From a virus, in IMG/VR virus record IMGVR_UViG_3300025424_000009: a stretch of 64,000 nucleotides of DNA; one strand, given 5' to 3'. The notes beneath the pieces are model-generated. The model had not been told where the DNA came from. It worked only from the letters and a program-made list of their open reading frames with translations, and ran no database searches. This document shows positions 1 through 9,769 of this stretch, one piece after another (position 1 is the first letter of the stretch; every line of letters starts with the position of its first letter). A program made the translations under genes and the position numbers.

Positions 1-16
1 TATTAATACTAGTAAC

Positions 17-2662
17 TTGACTGCTTATACTCCTTCTGTAAATGGAAGCTATTGTACATTCAGTCTAAATATTGTAGATACAAATAATAATTTAATTACA
101 TCATTAGGGTTGTATACAATAATGAGTTCTGATATAGATTCTCAAACAGTTACTACACACTTCTTATCAAATATAAATGCATTAGGTAATCAAGGATTTA
201 CATTAACACCTTCAGCAACTTATAACCAAATTTATTTAAAATACAAACCTGGGCATGGTTCTAGTGTAAATACTAATTTAACAGGAGGTTATATATGTAG
301 TTTAGTTTACACAGAGTATGATAGTACTGGTAATGCAATAGGATATGGAGGTATAGGCACTTATAACTTCATAGGTGGAGTAGACCCAGCTTTACCTTTA
401 GATACACCAGCCACTCCTTTTGAAGGGGGTGTAACAGGAAATACAGGATCATACCAAGTTATAAAGGGAGGTCCTGATACAGACAGACTAGGAGCTATTT
501 ACTTTATAAATACAGGTAGTAAAGCAAGTCAAGTAAGTAATCTTTTAAATACAATTAATAACTATAGTAGTCTAACTAATGTAACAGGTTCTTTATCTGG
601 AGGTTCTATAGTGTTATCATCCATAACTACAGGATCTATCTATAATTCTTATTATGCAGGTTCAGCCCCTACAAGTTCAGGAATAGTACCTTCTGTATCA
701 CAATCTATGTTCTACGGAGGTTTAGATTCAATTGCAGCAGTACCTGGAAGCGTGATAGGTATACTACACCCTTCTCTTAATAACCACCCTTCTTTAACAA
801 GTTTAAATAACTCAAATTTATTTGGAACCTCAAACAACAGCTTAAGCCTTAGCCTTTCTGGTAATCAAGTTAATCAATCTGGAATTGTATCAATGTACAA
901 TACAGACAAGAACTTTTACACCAAAGTATTAGGAACAAATGCACAAGCTTCTACAGGAGGTGCTTTTGCTTACCTTTACTTCCAGAGTGCATCTTTAAGT
1001 TCAACTACACCTGTTACACTAGCTCTTCAAACTGGTAATTGTACATTCACATCTTCTTACGCAGAAGGATACGATTCAGCAGCAACTCCATGGGTATTAT
1101 CAGATGCTAATACAAGATTATTCTACTTTGAACATAGGTCACAAGGGTTCATGACAAATACAGATGTAAAGGTATCAATTACCAATATAACTGTAAATCC
1201 AGACCCTAGTATATTTACTACCTTCTCTATCTTAGTAAGACAATATGGAGATACAGATAAAACACCTGTAATACTAGAACAATACAATCAAGTAACATTA
1301 AATCCTGATGCACCTAACTACATCGCAAATGTAATAGGAGATAAGTATAATTACTATGATTCTTTACATAACAAAGTAGTATCAAAAGGAGAATTTGATA
1401 ACGTATCAAATTATATTAGAGTAGTTGTTTCCGAAATGGTATCTAAAGGTAACGTAGCAGCTAACACTTCTATATCAGGTCACGAACCTTTATTTGAACC
1501 AATAGCAGGTTTTGGTAGCTTATATAGCTTACCTGCCATAAAGTATGTTCAATCTAACTCAGGTTCTTATTTATATAGCGGATTTGATTTTTCAAATGTT
1601 GATAATAGTAATTACTTAAACCCAGTTCCACTAGAAGCAGGATACGGTAATAACATACCATTCACACTACCTTCTAACGATAATAAATTCACCTTGCCTT
1701 TACAAGGAGGTACAGATGGTACTTCTTACTCAACCATAAAGAAAATAGGATCTGATATCGCAGCAGATGGTACCAATGTATTCGGGTTTGATTTATCAAG
1801 TGTAAGTTCAACTGGATACCTAGCTTTCAAACAAGCATTAGACATCTTATCAAATACTCAATTATACAAATATGGTATATTAACTATGCCTGGTGTAATA
1901 GAGCAATATCACGGTGCTGTAACTGCATATGCACAAGCGATGGTTGAAACTAGAAAAGATACTGTATACCTAAGAGATTTAACAGGTGTAGATGAAAGTG
2001 TAAATGCTGCAATAGAAGTAGCTTCAGGATTAGATAGCACATACAGTGCCACTTACTATCCTTGGGTTAAAGTAAATGACATAGGATCTTCTAAAAAAAT
2101 ATATGTACCTCCAACCGTATTAGTACCACAAGCTGTGGCATACACAGATAGAAATGCAGCACCATGGGTAGCTGTAGCTGGAACAGGAAGAGGTACACTG
2201 GGTGGAGCTATAGATACTAAAAATAGATTATCTAAGGCTGAACAAGGAGCTTTATATGATGCTAACATTAACCCAATAGCTAAAGCCCCTAATACAGGTG
2301 TGGTGATATTCGGCCAAAAGACTTTATCAAAACAAAGTACAGCTTTAAATAGATTAAATGTACGTAGATTACTAATCACTTTAAAAGATTATATATCTAC
2401 ACTAGCAGCAGACTTAGTGTTTGACCAAAACCTTAATTCAACTAGAACTACATTTGTAAACAAAGTAAATCCATATTTACAAACTGTACAACAAAATGGA
2501 GGTATAACAGCTTTCAGTGTAAGATGTGATTCGAATAATAACTCAAATACAGATGTAGCTAATCATATTTTAAATTGTAAAATACAGATTATCCCTACAA
2601 TGTCTATTGAATACATCTTACTTGAATTTGATATCACCCCTCAAGGAGCAGTATTCAGTTAA
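17..2662 (+). CDS. Contractile tail sheath protein (5'-partial; frame is open to the left window edge)
   Basis: C-terminal sheath motifs (YYPWV, PWVAVAGTGRG, NINPI, IFGQKTL, LNRLNVRRLL); directly upstream of the tube gene; no in-frame stop from base 2 to 16. Confidence 0.93.
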   Translation: MTAYTPSVNGSYCTFSLNIVDTNNNLITSLGLYTIMSSDIDSQTVTTHFLSNINALGNQGFTLTPSATYNQIYLKYKPGHGSSVNTNLTGGYICSLVYTEYDSTGNAIGYGGIGTYNFIGGVDPALPLDTPATPFEGGVTGNTGSYQVIKGGPDTDRLGAIYFINTGSKASQVSNLLNTINNYSSLTNVTGSLSGGSIVLSSITTGSIYNSYYAGSAPTSSGIVPSVSQSMFYGGLDSIAAVPGSVIGILHPSLNNHPSLTSLNNSNLFGTSNNSLSLSLSGNQVNQSGIVSMYNTDKNFYTKVLGTNAQASTGGAFAYLYFQSASLSSTTPVTLALQTGNCTFTSSYAEGYDSAATPWVLSDANTRLFYFEHRSQGFMTNTDVKVSITNITVNPDPSIFTTFSILVRQYGDTDKTPVILEQYNQVTLNPDAPNYIANVIGDKYNYYDSLHNKVVSKGEFDNVSNYIRVVVSEMVSKGNVAANTSISGHEPLFEPIAGFGSLYSLPAIKYVQSNSGSYLYSGFDFSNVDNSNYLNPVPLEAGYGNNIPFTLPSNDNKFTLPLQGGTDGTSYSTIKKIGSDIAADGTNVFGFDLSSVSSTGYLAFKQALDILSNTQLYKYGILTMPGVIEQYHGAVTAYAQAMVETRKDTVYLRDLTGVDESVNAAIEVASGLDSTYSATYYPWVKVNDIGSSKKIYVPPTVLVPQAVAYTDRNAAPWVAVAGTGRGTLGGAIDTKNRLSKAEQGALYDANINPIAKAPNTGVVIFGQKTLSKQSTALNRLNVRRLLITLKDYISTLAADLVFDQNLNSTRTTFVNKVNPYLQTVQQNGGITAFSVRCDSNNNSNTDVANHILNCKIQIIPTMSIEYILLEFDITPQGAVFS

Positions 2663-2677
2663 TAATTACTAAACCTT

Positions 2678-2696
2678 ATATTTATTACTATAAATA
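2678..2696 (+). promoter_or_regulatory. Candidate late promoter motif ATATTTATTA followed by TATAAATA
   Basis: Variant of the recurring GATATTTAT motif upstream of the tube gene ATG (2710); a T4-late-like TATAAATA lies at 2689-2696. Confidence 0.5.
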
Positions 2697-2709
2697 AAAA
2701 ATAAAAACA

Positions 2710-3195
2710 ATGCCAATTCTTTCCGCACAAGATATGTTACCTACAGTGTTTGAACCTATCTTGTCACACAGGTTCGTACTTTACTACAGAGACATCCCTA
2801 CCTACATGATTAAAAGCATAGACGGCCTAGGCTGGGATGACGGTAGCGTGACGATTGATTATATTAACGCTTATACAAGTTTTAGGGCTAAAAGAAGGTA
2901 CTCAGATATAAATTTAAGTTTATATGACCCAGTATCTCCTTCTGGAGCACAGGCTCTGGAGTCTCTTGGGTTATTGCAATACGAGTTGCTTTCAGGAAGA
3001 TCAGCGTATTTTGATGTATACGCAACTGATTTTTCTTTACAAGTACTAGGACCTTCTGGAGATATAGTGAGGGAGTGGATAATTAAAAAAGCATTTATAA
3101 TGAATGCTAAATATGGTACTTATGATTACTCTACAGAAGTTTATACTACTATAGATATTACTATTAAGCATTCAGGACTCGTACTTAATTACTAG
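2710..3195 (+). CDS. Tail tube protein (T4 gp19-like)
   Basis: 161 aa, follows sheath; typical tube pattern (FEPILSHRF, LSLYDPVSPSGAQ, LGPSGDIVREWI, YDYST). Confidence 0.88.
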   Translation: MPILSAQDMLPTVFEPILSHRFVLYYRDIPTYMIKSIDGLGWDDGSVTIDYINAYTSFRAKRRYSDINLSLYDPVSPSGAQALESLGLLQYELLSGRSAYFDVYATDFSLQVLGPSGDIVREWIIKKAFIMNAKYGTYDYSTEVYTTIDITIKHSGLVLNY

Positions 3196-3236
3196 TTTAT
3201 ATATCTATATACTTATATATTTTATTATGTGATAAT

Positions 3237-3265
3237 AAATCCGTATCTTTGTGGTACGGATTTTT
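3237..3265 (+). terminator. Hairpin AAATCCGTA/TACGGATTT plus T-run, overlapping a TATCTTTG promoter element (3244-3251)
   Basis: Perfect 9-bp inverted repeat followed by Ts after the tube gene. Confidence 0.55.
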
Positions 3266-3286
3266 AATTAAAAGTGTAAATATAAT

Positions 3287-4609
3287 ATGGATTTTAAAGT
3301 ATGTAAATGTTGTAAAGAAACTAAATTAGTATCAGAATTTTATAAGGATAAAAGATACCCTAACTCTTATAGTGTATTATGTACAAGTTGCAGTAAAAAA
3401 TCAGCGGTTGACTTAGAGATACATAGATCAACTGTTGAGATATGTTGTAATAAATGTAATATTATAAAGCCTGTCAGTGATTTTATTAAATCTAAGCACA
3501 ATATCAATGGTTATGAATATAGATGTAAGGATTGTAATAAGCGTGTTGATATTGATTTACATTTACTTACAAAAGAGATATGCTGCTCAAAATGTAAGCA
3601 AATAAAAACAGTAGATAATTATTATCTCAGTAAATGGGTAAAAAATGGTTATAATATCAAATGTATAAGTTGTATTAAAGATATTGATAAAACTGTTCAT
3701 GAAGACATTAAAGAATTAGAGTGTAAAATTTGTAAGCAAGTACTCTCTAAAAAAGAATTCCAAAAGAAACCTAGTAATCAATTAGGGTATACCACTGTTT
3801 GTAAGGTATGTTATAATAAAAAGAATGAGGAATTAAGGTCTAATATTACTCACAAGAAATGTTCTAAGTGTAAAGAGGTTAAAGAGATAAATCAATTCAC
3901 TCAATCTTTAACTATAAAATCAGGTTATACATACAGTTGTACAGATTGTATAAAAATTAATAAAGAAGCAATACCTACTGTTACAGAAAAATCTTGTACA
4001 AAATGCAATCAGGTAAAACAATCATCAGAATTTTATAAAAATAAAACCCAAAAGACAGGTTTATCACCTCATTGTAAGGAGTGTGTAAAGAAAGATCAAA
4101 AAGAGTATAAGGAAAGAGATATTAAAAAGTATAATGAGATGGTTAAGGCTGTAGGTGTTAGAAGAAGAAAGAAAATGAAAGATGAAGGTAGTACTTACCT
4201 AAGAGATTATGAAAGAAATAAAAGGCATACTAACATTGAATATAATATATTATGTAATCTAAGAGGTAGGGTTTATTCTGCTTTAAAATATAAAAGAGTA
4301 GTAAAATCAAAAAGAACCCTAGATTTATTAGGTTGTACTGTTGAATTCCTAAGACAGTACTTAGAAGAACGCTTTTTACCTACTATGACTTGGGAAAATT
4401 ATGGTTCTAAATGGCACCTTGATCATGTAAAAAGTTGCAACAGTTTTGACCTAACCGACCCTGACCAGCAGAAGCTTTGTTTCCATTATACTAATCTTCA
4501 GCCCCTATTCGCAGTTACTACTATAATTGATGGCGTAGAGTATATTGGTAACATGAATAAAAGTGATAAAGACATAGATTATATAGCCCGTCCAGTATAT
4601 AACAATTAA
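3287..4609 (+). CDS. Zn-finger-repeat protein with C-terminal HNH-like endonuclease domain (putative homing endonuclease)
   Basis: 12 CxxC motifs forming about 6 tandem units; C-terminal LLGCT..MTWENYG..WHLDH..CFHYTNLQPL. Confidence 0.75.
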   Translation: MDFKVCKCCKETKLVSEFYKDKRYPNSYSVLCTSCSKKSAVDLEIHRSTVEICCNKCNIIKPVSDFIKSKHNINGYEYRCKDCNKRVDIDLHLLTKEICCSKCKQIKTVDNYYLSKWVKNGYNIKCISCIKDIDKTVHEDIKELECKICKQVLSKKEFQKKPSNQLGYTTVCKVCYNKKNEELRSNITHKKCSKCKEVKEINQFTQSLTIKSGYTYSCTDCIKINKEAIPTVTEKSCTKCNQVKQSSEFYKNKTQKTGLSPHCKECVKKDQKEYKERDIKKYNEMVKAVGVRRRKKMKDEGSTYLRDYERNKRHTNIEYNILCNLRGRVYSALKYKRVVKSKRTLDLLGCTVEFLRQYLEERFLPTMTWENYGSKWHLDHVKSCNSFDLTDPDQQKLCFHYTNLQPLFAVTTIIDGVEYIGNMNKSDKDIDYIARPVYNN

Positions 4610-4615
4610 TTCAGT

Positions 4616-4625
4616 GATATTTATA
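4616..4625 (+). promoter_or_regulatory. GATATTTATA candidate late promoter
   Basis: Identical 10-mer also at 7416, 9746, 11729 and 58665, each just upstream of an ATG. Confidence 0.6.
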
Positions 4626-4640
4626 ATTAAAGAATACAAC

Positions 4641-5981
4641 ATGCAAAGAAATTTTAAAGAACTTCTTGAACAAGCTAAGAAAGAACTTACAGAAGATATA
4701 AAATCCGGTAAGATAAAGTTGAATGAAGCTGCTGACCTAGATGAGTTAAAAGAGGTACAAAAGCTAGTAAAAATAGCTAATATCCTTATTGAAAAAGGTG
4801 TAGATAAAGATGGAGATAAATTAGAAGTGGTAGATCCTGAATCTACATATGAAGAACCTTACACATACGACCTAATTAAGATAGAGGGTGAAAAAGTGAC
4901 TGTAACTTCTTATGCCACTATGAAAGGTAATAAAAAAGAAGTAGATGTAATGAAGGTAGGTAATATATCTGATTCAGTAGTTGAATACTTAAAGAGTATT
5001 ATCAAAGGATTTAAAAGAGCCTATAAAGAGGCTGGAATACCTCTTCCTACTAGTAAATCTGAATTACAAGAAGGAGAAGTGGTAATTGCAAAAGATGAGT
5101 CAGACCCTCAAGCCAAACAAGCTGCTAATGATGCAATAAAGAGAGGAGATACAGTAAGGTACGTAAAGCCTGGTACCACACTTCAAGAAAAGAAAGACAA
5201 AGAGGAAGAAGAGCCTATTGAAGATACAGAAGAATCAAAACCTGAAGATGTAGAAAAACCTTCCACATCAACTCCAGATGCTATTTCATCAGAGTTAGAA
5301 GAACACATCAAACAAGCTATTGATTCAGCAGCAGAGTTCATTAAATCTATTGATGACAAGAAGTACGAAACTGCTCTTGGGAAAGTTATCAAAAACTTGA
5401 CCATGGCTCAAGGTGCTTTAGAAGCAGTGAAGGTTCGTGAAAATAAACTAGCAGAAGAAGCTGGAATATTACGTGAAAAATCAATTAAAAAGTATAGCGA
5501 TACATTTATCAAGGGCTTGAAGAAATACATCAAGGATGAGACTCTAATGAACAAAATACTATCATTGTATAAAAAGGCAATAGAAGCTTACCATGATAAG
5601 AAGGTTCCTGCTGAGAAGATGACTGAACAAGTATGGAAGCACTTCACACTTAATGAGGGGATGCAAAAGAAGGTAGGTTATATCCTTACCGAAGCAGCCG
5701 GAGACCAAGATTTAGATAATCTAACTCAGTTTGTAAAAGGTCCTATTGCCAACTCTAAGTTCAAGAGTATTGAAAGTGATGTTGATGTTGTTAAGGATGG
5801 TAAAGACCTAGTAGTTAAATACACAGTAAATGGTCAACCTAAAGATCTTCCTACAGATGCTTTAAAAGAACTTGAAAATAAGTATAAAGTAGACAAGACA
5901 CCTAAAGGGTATATCTTAACACCAGGAGTTATTAAACAAGGACCAAACTTAGGGGATGCTCTAGGTAAGATGAGTAAATAA
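4641..5981 (+). CDS. Hypothetical charged protein, possible internal head/core protein
   Basis: ORF track; start moved to ATG 4641 because the GTG at 4614 lies inside the promoter motif; repeated L-x-E motifs. Confidence 0.7.
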   Translation: MQRNFKELLEQAKKELTEDIKSGKIKLNEAADLDELKEVQKLVKIANILIEKGVDKDGDKLEVVDPESTYEEPYTYDLIKIEGEKVTVTSYATMKGNKKEVDVMKVGNISDSVVEYLKSIIKGFKRAYKEAGIPLPTSKSELQEGEVVIAKDESDPQAKQAANDAIKRGDTVRYVKPGTTLQEKKDKEEEEPIEDTEESKPEDVEKPSTSTPDAISSELEEHIKQAIDSAAEFIKSIDDKKYETALGKVIKNLTMAQGALEAVKVRENKLAEEAGILREKSIKKYSDTFIKGLKKYIKDETLMNKILSLYKKAIEAYHDKKVPAEKMTEQVWKHFTLNEGMQKKVGYILTEAAGDQDLDNLTQFVKGPIANSKFKSIESDVDVVKDGKDLVVKYTVNGQPKDLPTDALKELENKYKVDKTPKGYILTPGVIKQGPNLGDALGKMSK

Positions 5982-6054
5982 AAGAAATAGGCCTATATAC
6001 ACCCAGCCCATTTGTTCGAGAATATCGCAGAGGGGTTACCTATCTTAATAATAA

Positions 6055-6086
6055 TTTGTTTATATCAAAACTATTTATTAAATTTG
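6055..6086 (+). promoter_or_regulatory. Bacteroidota-type sigma70 promoter (TTTG ... TAAATTTG)
   Basis: TTTG 6055-6058 and TAnnTTTG 6079-6086, 20-nt spacer. Confidence 0.6.
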
Positions 6087-6090
6087 CATT

Positions 6091-6264
6091 ATGAATGAAT
6101 TAGAAGTAACTACACCTGTAGTTAAGCTTACCAATATAAGTATAGATTCTAACACTAGAAATCTTACTTTAGAATTTGAAGGGTTTGATAATCTTACACC
6201 ATTTCCTATATCTGATGAGGATATGAATAAGATTTTAGAGTTTTACACAAAAGAGTATAAATAA
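6091..6264 (+). CDS. Small hypothetical protein, 57 aa (MNELEVTTPVVKLTNISID...)
   Basis: Translated by hand; below ORF-track cutoff; fills the gap after a promoter. Confidence 0.6.
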   Translation: MNELEVTTPVVKLTNISIDSNTRNLTLEFEGFDNLTPFPISDEDMNKILEFYTKEYK

Positions 6265-6285
6265 ATTTAATTAAAAATTAAAGAT

Positions 6286-7032
6286 TTGAAAAATAGAAAT
6301 CCCCTTAACCTCCTTACGGAGAAGATAGATTTACCTTCTAAAGGTAAGTTATACCCCCTAGACAGCCCCCTATCACAAGGGTTTGTTGAAATACTATACC
6401 CTACAGCTAAGGAAGAAGATATCCTTACTAACCCTAACTACATCAAAAATGATACTGCCATTGATAAGTTCATTGAGAGTATTATGGTAACAGACATAGA
6501 TATAAATGATTTGTGCCTATGTGACAAAGATGCTGTGATGGTTGCTGGAAGAATCCTAGGACTAGGATCGGACTATACAATCAGGGAGGGTTTATCTAAT
6601 CCTATCACTTTCAACCTGTCTGAATTGCAAGACAAAGAAGTAGATTGGAGCTTATTTGATAACACTAACGAATTTGAATATAATATTAAAGATGTTGTAA
6701 TCAAGTTCAAAGTACCTACTGGCCACGACATGATTGCCATGAAGAAAGAAGTAGAAGGACTAAAGAAAATAGATCCTAATGCCACTATCGATACTAGGAT
6801 TATCTACAAGTTCACTATAGTAGAGGTAAATGGTAAAAGAGACTTACCTACTATTAATGATTTCTGTAATAGAATACTAATGGTAGATTCAAAGAAACTA
6901 AAAGCTTATGTGGATTTAGTGACACCTGGATATACATGGAAGGGAACTGGTACCTACATTAAGGATAATAAACAAGAGAAAGTGGAGGGTCTCACTATAC
7001 CAGTAACTACTACATTTTTTTACCCTTCCTAA
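6286..7032 (+). CDS. Baseplate hub / tail assembly chaperone (T4 gp26-like)
   Basis: TEKIDLPSKGKLYP..TAKEEDILT pattern; position upstream of tape measure gene; TTG start. Confidence 0.75.
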   Translation: MKNRNPLNLLTEKIDLPSKGKLYPLDSPLSQGFVEILYPTAKEEDILTNPNYIKNDTAIDKFIESIMVTDIDINDLCLCDKDAVMVAGRILGLGSDYTIREGLSNPITFNLSELQDKEVDWSLFDNTNEFEYNIKDVVIKFKVPTGHDMIAMKKEVEGLKKIDPNATIDTRIIYKFTIVEVNGKRDLPTINDFCNRILMVDSKKLKAYVDLVTPGYTWKGTGTYIKDNKQEKVEGLTIPVTTTFFYPS

Positions 7033-7399
7033 CAGCAACTTACTAGGTATAGCTAAACTAAACATACCTGATGAGCATTTACCTTACATAGTAAAAAGAA
7101 AGGAAATATTTAAAAATGAGATATTCTATTTAGTAAGACATGGAGGGGGTGGATTCACATGGGATAGTTGTTACAGTATGCCTATTAAAATACGTAAATG
7201 GAATGTAGATAAACTTAGTAAAGAGATAAAAGCAGAGAATGAAAGTGTAAAACAAGCATCTAAATCTAATAAAGGTGGTACTCAACTCTCTATGGATGAT
7301 ATGATTAAAGGGAAGGGTGCAGAAGAATTGAAATCAGATTATAAAGCCCCTCCTCGCAAAAACATGAGGAATCAAAACACACCTCTGCCTAACAAGTAG
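7007..7399 (+). CDS. Overlapping frame, gp51-like / chaperone extension, likely reached by frameshift
   Basis: Frame open from 7007 (TAA at 7004) with no ATG until 7178; encodes EIFYLVRHGGGGFTWDSCYSMPIKIRKW; T7 run at 7015-7021. Confidence 0.6.
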   Translation, partial: LLHFFTLPNSNLLGIAKLNIPDEHLPYIVKRKEIFKNEIFYLVRHGGGGFTWDSCYSMPIKIRKWNVDKLSKEIKAENESVKQASKSNKGGTQLSMDDMIKGKGAEELKSDYKAPPRKNMRNQNTPLPNK

Positions 7400-7412
7400 G
7401 GGTTTTTCTTTT
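7381..7412 (+). terminator. Rho-independent terminator
   Basis: ACCTCTGC-CTAACAA-GTAGGGGT stem with G-T pairs, followed by TTTTCTTTT. Confidence 0.6.
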
Positions 7413-7415
7413 GGT

Positions 7416-7425
7416 GATATTTATA
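7416..7425 (+). promoter_or_regulatory. GATATTTATA candidate late promoter
   Basis: Recurring motif 7 nt before the tape measure ATG, immediately after a terminator. Confidence 0.6.
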
Positions 7426-7432
7426 CACAGCT

Positions 7433-9742
7433 ATGGCAGTATCAACTAATTCAGGTGTAAAACCTAACTTAACAGATAAGAATTTATCAGACTATCAACA
7501 GATAACCCAAGATTTATTTGGAACTGTAGACCAGTATACTAATAAGTTAAGGGATATGGATGTTAATCTTGGCAAAGTGTTTCAAAACATTGCCACTAAC
7601 TCCACTGAGATCAATAACTCTTTAAAGAGAACTATAGACTTGACAACAGGTATAGGAGATTCCTATAAGAACTATGGCAAGTTAGTTCAGAATTTATCTA
7701 AGATTGATATAGAGAATAGGAAAATAAAGGCAGCTAAAGAAGCTTTTATAATCAATCTAACCTCGCAAGGCCTAAAGATAGAAAAGGAAATCCTAAATAC
7801 AGCCTTAGAAAGTTTATCTGCAAACGAAAAGAAGCTTAGTACTACTAAAATTCAAATATCAGAGCAGGAAGAATTACAAAGACTTGCTAAGGGAAATGCT
7901 ACTATTCAAGCAACATCTGGAGCGAAGCTAAAAGAATTAAAAGAAGAAGATGAAAAATTAACTAGAGAAAGAGAAGCTCTAGAAAGTAAGTTATTAGAAA
8001 TGCTTGGTGGGCAAAACAGCTCTTACGCCGAACAAAATCTAATAAAACTACAGTTAATTGATGCTGAAATAATAGCAGCAGATAAGGCAAAAATATTAAC
8101 TAAGGAAATTATAAAACAGAATGGGTTTTATGGGCAGTTTTATGATATCTACGAAAAGATATCTAAGATAACCCCTTTAGCAGGTTTAGCTTCAGCATTC
8201 AGTCTAGCGTCTGTAGTAAAGACTCTAACAGACTACGTATTTAAAATAGATAAGTACTCTACTGATATTGCTAATAGCTCTGGGGTAACAAAAGACTTTG
8301 CACAAAAAGTAAGCATATATTATGCCGATTCATCCTCAACACTAAGTGTAACTAACGCGTATCTAGATAAATCTCTTCTAAACCTTAAAGCACAAGCAGA
8401 GGCTCAGGATCAATTACAAAAGTCTACAGGCCAAATGGCATTGTACACAGAAGATAGTGTACAGTCACAAATATATCTCACTAAACAACTGGGGTTACAA
8501 GGTGATGAAGCAGCTCGTATAGCACAGCTTGGATTATTAAACAAAACCAGTACCCAAGATGTAACAGATAACGTAGCTGACCAAGTAGCTAACTTCAATA
8601 AATCAAGCGGCTTAAATCTAAGTATACGTGATGTATTAAAGGATGTAGCAAAGGTCAGTGGAGTTATTGCAGCTAACTATGACAATAACCCTAAAGCCAT
8701 AGCTAGAGCCGTTGCTCAAGCCAAGTCACTGGGGGTATCTTTACAAGAAGCCTCAGCAGCATCAAGGTCTTTACTTGACTTTGAATCTTCTATTGAGAAT
8801 GAACTAGAAGCCGAACTCTTAACAGGTAAAGCTTTTAATCTAGAAAAAGCTAGAGCATTAGCTTTAAGTGGAGATTCAGCAGGGGCACTAGAGGAAGAGT
8901 TAAAGAATGTAGGTTCTCTAGCTGAATTCCAAAGGCAAAATGTAGTAGCCAAGGAAGCAGAAGCTAAGGCTATAGGAATGACAGTAGACCAACTCTCTGA
9001 TGCATTACATCAGCAAGAGGTGTTGAAGGGTTCTACAATTGAGACTAAAAAAGCCTACGAAGAAATTCTAAAGAGTATAAAAGGATCTTCAGAAGAAACT
9101 AAATATAGAGCTGAACTAAATTCAGCTATGAATGGTGCAGACCTTCAAGCTAAGACAAGTTTAGTATCTAAGCAATTAGAGTTTGAAGAATCTATGGAAA
9201 GAGTAAAGGATACATTCAGTGGTATAGTATCTGGGCCTTTAGGTAAGATGGTAGGTGCATTTGTTGATGTATTAAATACTACAGGAGGTATTACTGCTGC
9301 CTTAACTCTAGGAGCTGCTTATATGGGTTTTACAGCAGCAAGAGCTATAGCTACAGCTTTTGCAACAGAAGCAACAGCAGCAGCTATAGGTAATTGGGCA
9401 GGAGCAGCAGCAGGGGCAGTAGCACTAACATATGCAGTAACACAGCTTAATTCAACACCTCCTCCAATAAACGTACATGATGCCTTGATAGGACCTACAG
9501 GAGGTATAATGATTCAAACTGCTGAAGGACAGTTAGTTAAACCTAGTCCGAGAGACTCTGTACTAGTAGCACCTAATGCAGCAGATGCAATAGGAGGAGG
9601 TTCTAGTAACTCTCAAAGCAATTCAAGAATGGAATCCTTACTAGCTGGTATACTTAATGTAGTATCAAGACCAGGAGGTGTATATCTAGATTCCTCAAAA
9701 GTTGGTACTAGTATGGGCTTATCTTATTCCGTATATGCATAG
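7433..9742 (+). CDS. Tape measure protein
   Basis: 769 aa, helical, Ala/Leu/Gln-rich with Gly/Ala-rich hydrophobic C-terminal part; between chaperone and baseplate genes. Confidence 0.8.
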   Translation: MAVSTNSGVKPNLTDKNLSDYQQITQDLFGTVDQYTNKLRDMDVNLGKVFQNIATNSTEINNSLKRTIDLTTGIGDSYKNYGKLVQNLSKIDIENRKIKAAKEAFIINLTSQGLKIEKEILNTALESLSANEKKLSTTKIQISEQEELQRLAKGNATIQATSGAKLKELKEEDEKLTREREALESKLLEMLGGQNSSYAEQNLIKLQLIDAEIIAADKAKILTKEIIKQNGFYGQFYDIYEKISKITPLAGLASAFSLASVVKTLTDYVFKIDKYSTDIANSSGVTKDFAQKVSIYYADSSSTLSVTNAYLDKSLLNLKAQAEAQDQLQKSTGQMALYTEDSVQSQIYLTKQLGLQGDEAARIAQLGLLNKTSTQDVTDNVADQVANFNKSSGLNLSIRDVLKDVAKVSGVIAANYDNNPKAIARAVAQAKSLGVSLQEASAASRSLLDFESSIENELEAELLTGKAFNLEKARALALSGDSAGALEEELKNVGSLAEFQRQNVVAKEAEAKAIGMTVDQLSDALHQQEVLKGSTIETKKAYEEILKSIKGSSEETKYRAELNSAMNGADLQAKTSLVSKQLEFEESMERVKDTFSGIVSGPLGKMVGAFVDVLNTTGGITAALTLGAAYMGFTAARAIATAFATEATAAAIGNWAGAAAGAVALTYAVTQLNSTPPPINVHDALIGPTGGIMIQTAEGQLVKPSPRDSVLVAPNAADAIGGGSSNSQSNSRMESLLAGILNVVSRPGGVYLDSSKVGTSMGLSYSVYA

Positions 9743-9745
9743 TCT

Positions 9746-9755
9746 GATATTTATA
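9746..9755 (+). promoter_or_regulatory. GATATTTATA candidate late promoter
   Basis: Recurring motif upstream of ATG 9770. Confidence 0.6.
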
Positions 9756-9769
9756 ATAAAACAATAATC

